Positions 57,202 through 57,373 of a DNA stretch of 57,373 bases are shown one piece after another. The stretch comes from a virus (taxonomy: Duplodnaviria > Caudoviricetes). The notes under the pieces are model-generated. The model was given only the letters and a program-made list of their open reading frames with translations, had not been told where the DNA came from and did not search any database. The stretch covers positions 1 to 57,373 of IMG/VR virus record IMGVR_UViG_3300031759_000022; one strand, written 5' to 3'. The position numbers and the translations under genes are program-made. The stretch's first letter is position 1. The number at the start of each line of letters is the position of its first letter.

Positions 57202-57373
57202 TACAATGCCCTCACTTGTATTTTGTCGTTTTCCTTGACCACTTCCGCCTTACCTTCGGCTAGTAGTTCAAGGGCTAGGTGAAACATAAATAACTTTTGC
57301 ATGGATGTTGATAGCAAGTGTTTAAACACTACTGCCAATACCGTTGCAACTATCGCCCATACTAATAAAAAAA

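Overview
The window is most of a lytic, short-tailed (podovirus-like) dsDNA phage genome, probably circularly permuted. No integrase, tRNA or CRISPR array was seen. The + strand (1-34973) is the late/virion arm: TerL C-terminus, portal, GroES, scaffold, major capsid, fibres, a 2OG-oxygenase/glycosyltransferase cassette, a holin-Rz/Rz1-lysozyme lysis module, and tail and ejection proteins. The - strand (34974-57373) is the early/replication arm: PolA, class II RNR, SSB, Cas4-like nuclease, a displaced TerS, SNF2 helicase, VRR-NUC, primase-helicase, a sigma factor, a vWA-metallopeptidase and many small ORFs. A freshwater betaproteobacterial host is plausible but only inferred. Best leads: (1) an apparently split sigma factor (sigma1.2-2-3 gene plus a separate sigma4-like gene) and eight copies of a bipartite motif GGGCG-N16-TGCATTAGT that looks like its promoter; (2) 12 copies of the palindrome GTTTAAAC in the last 4.8 kb; (3) an origin-like region with four helically phased perfect DnaA boxes; (4) two arrays of small genes with shared ends and variable cores; (5) pseudoknot-like leader RNAs. 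All calls are by eye, without database searches.
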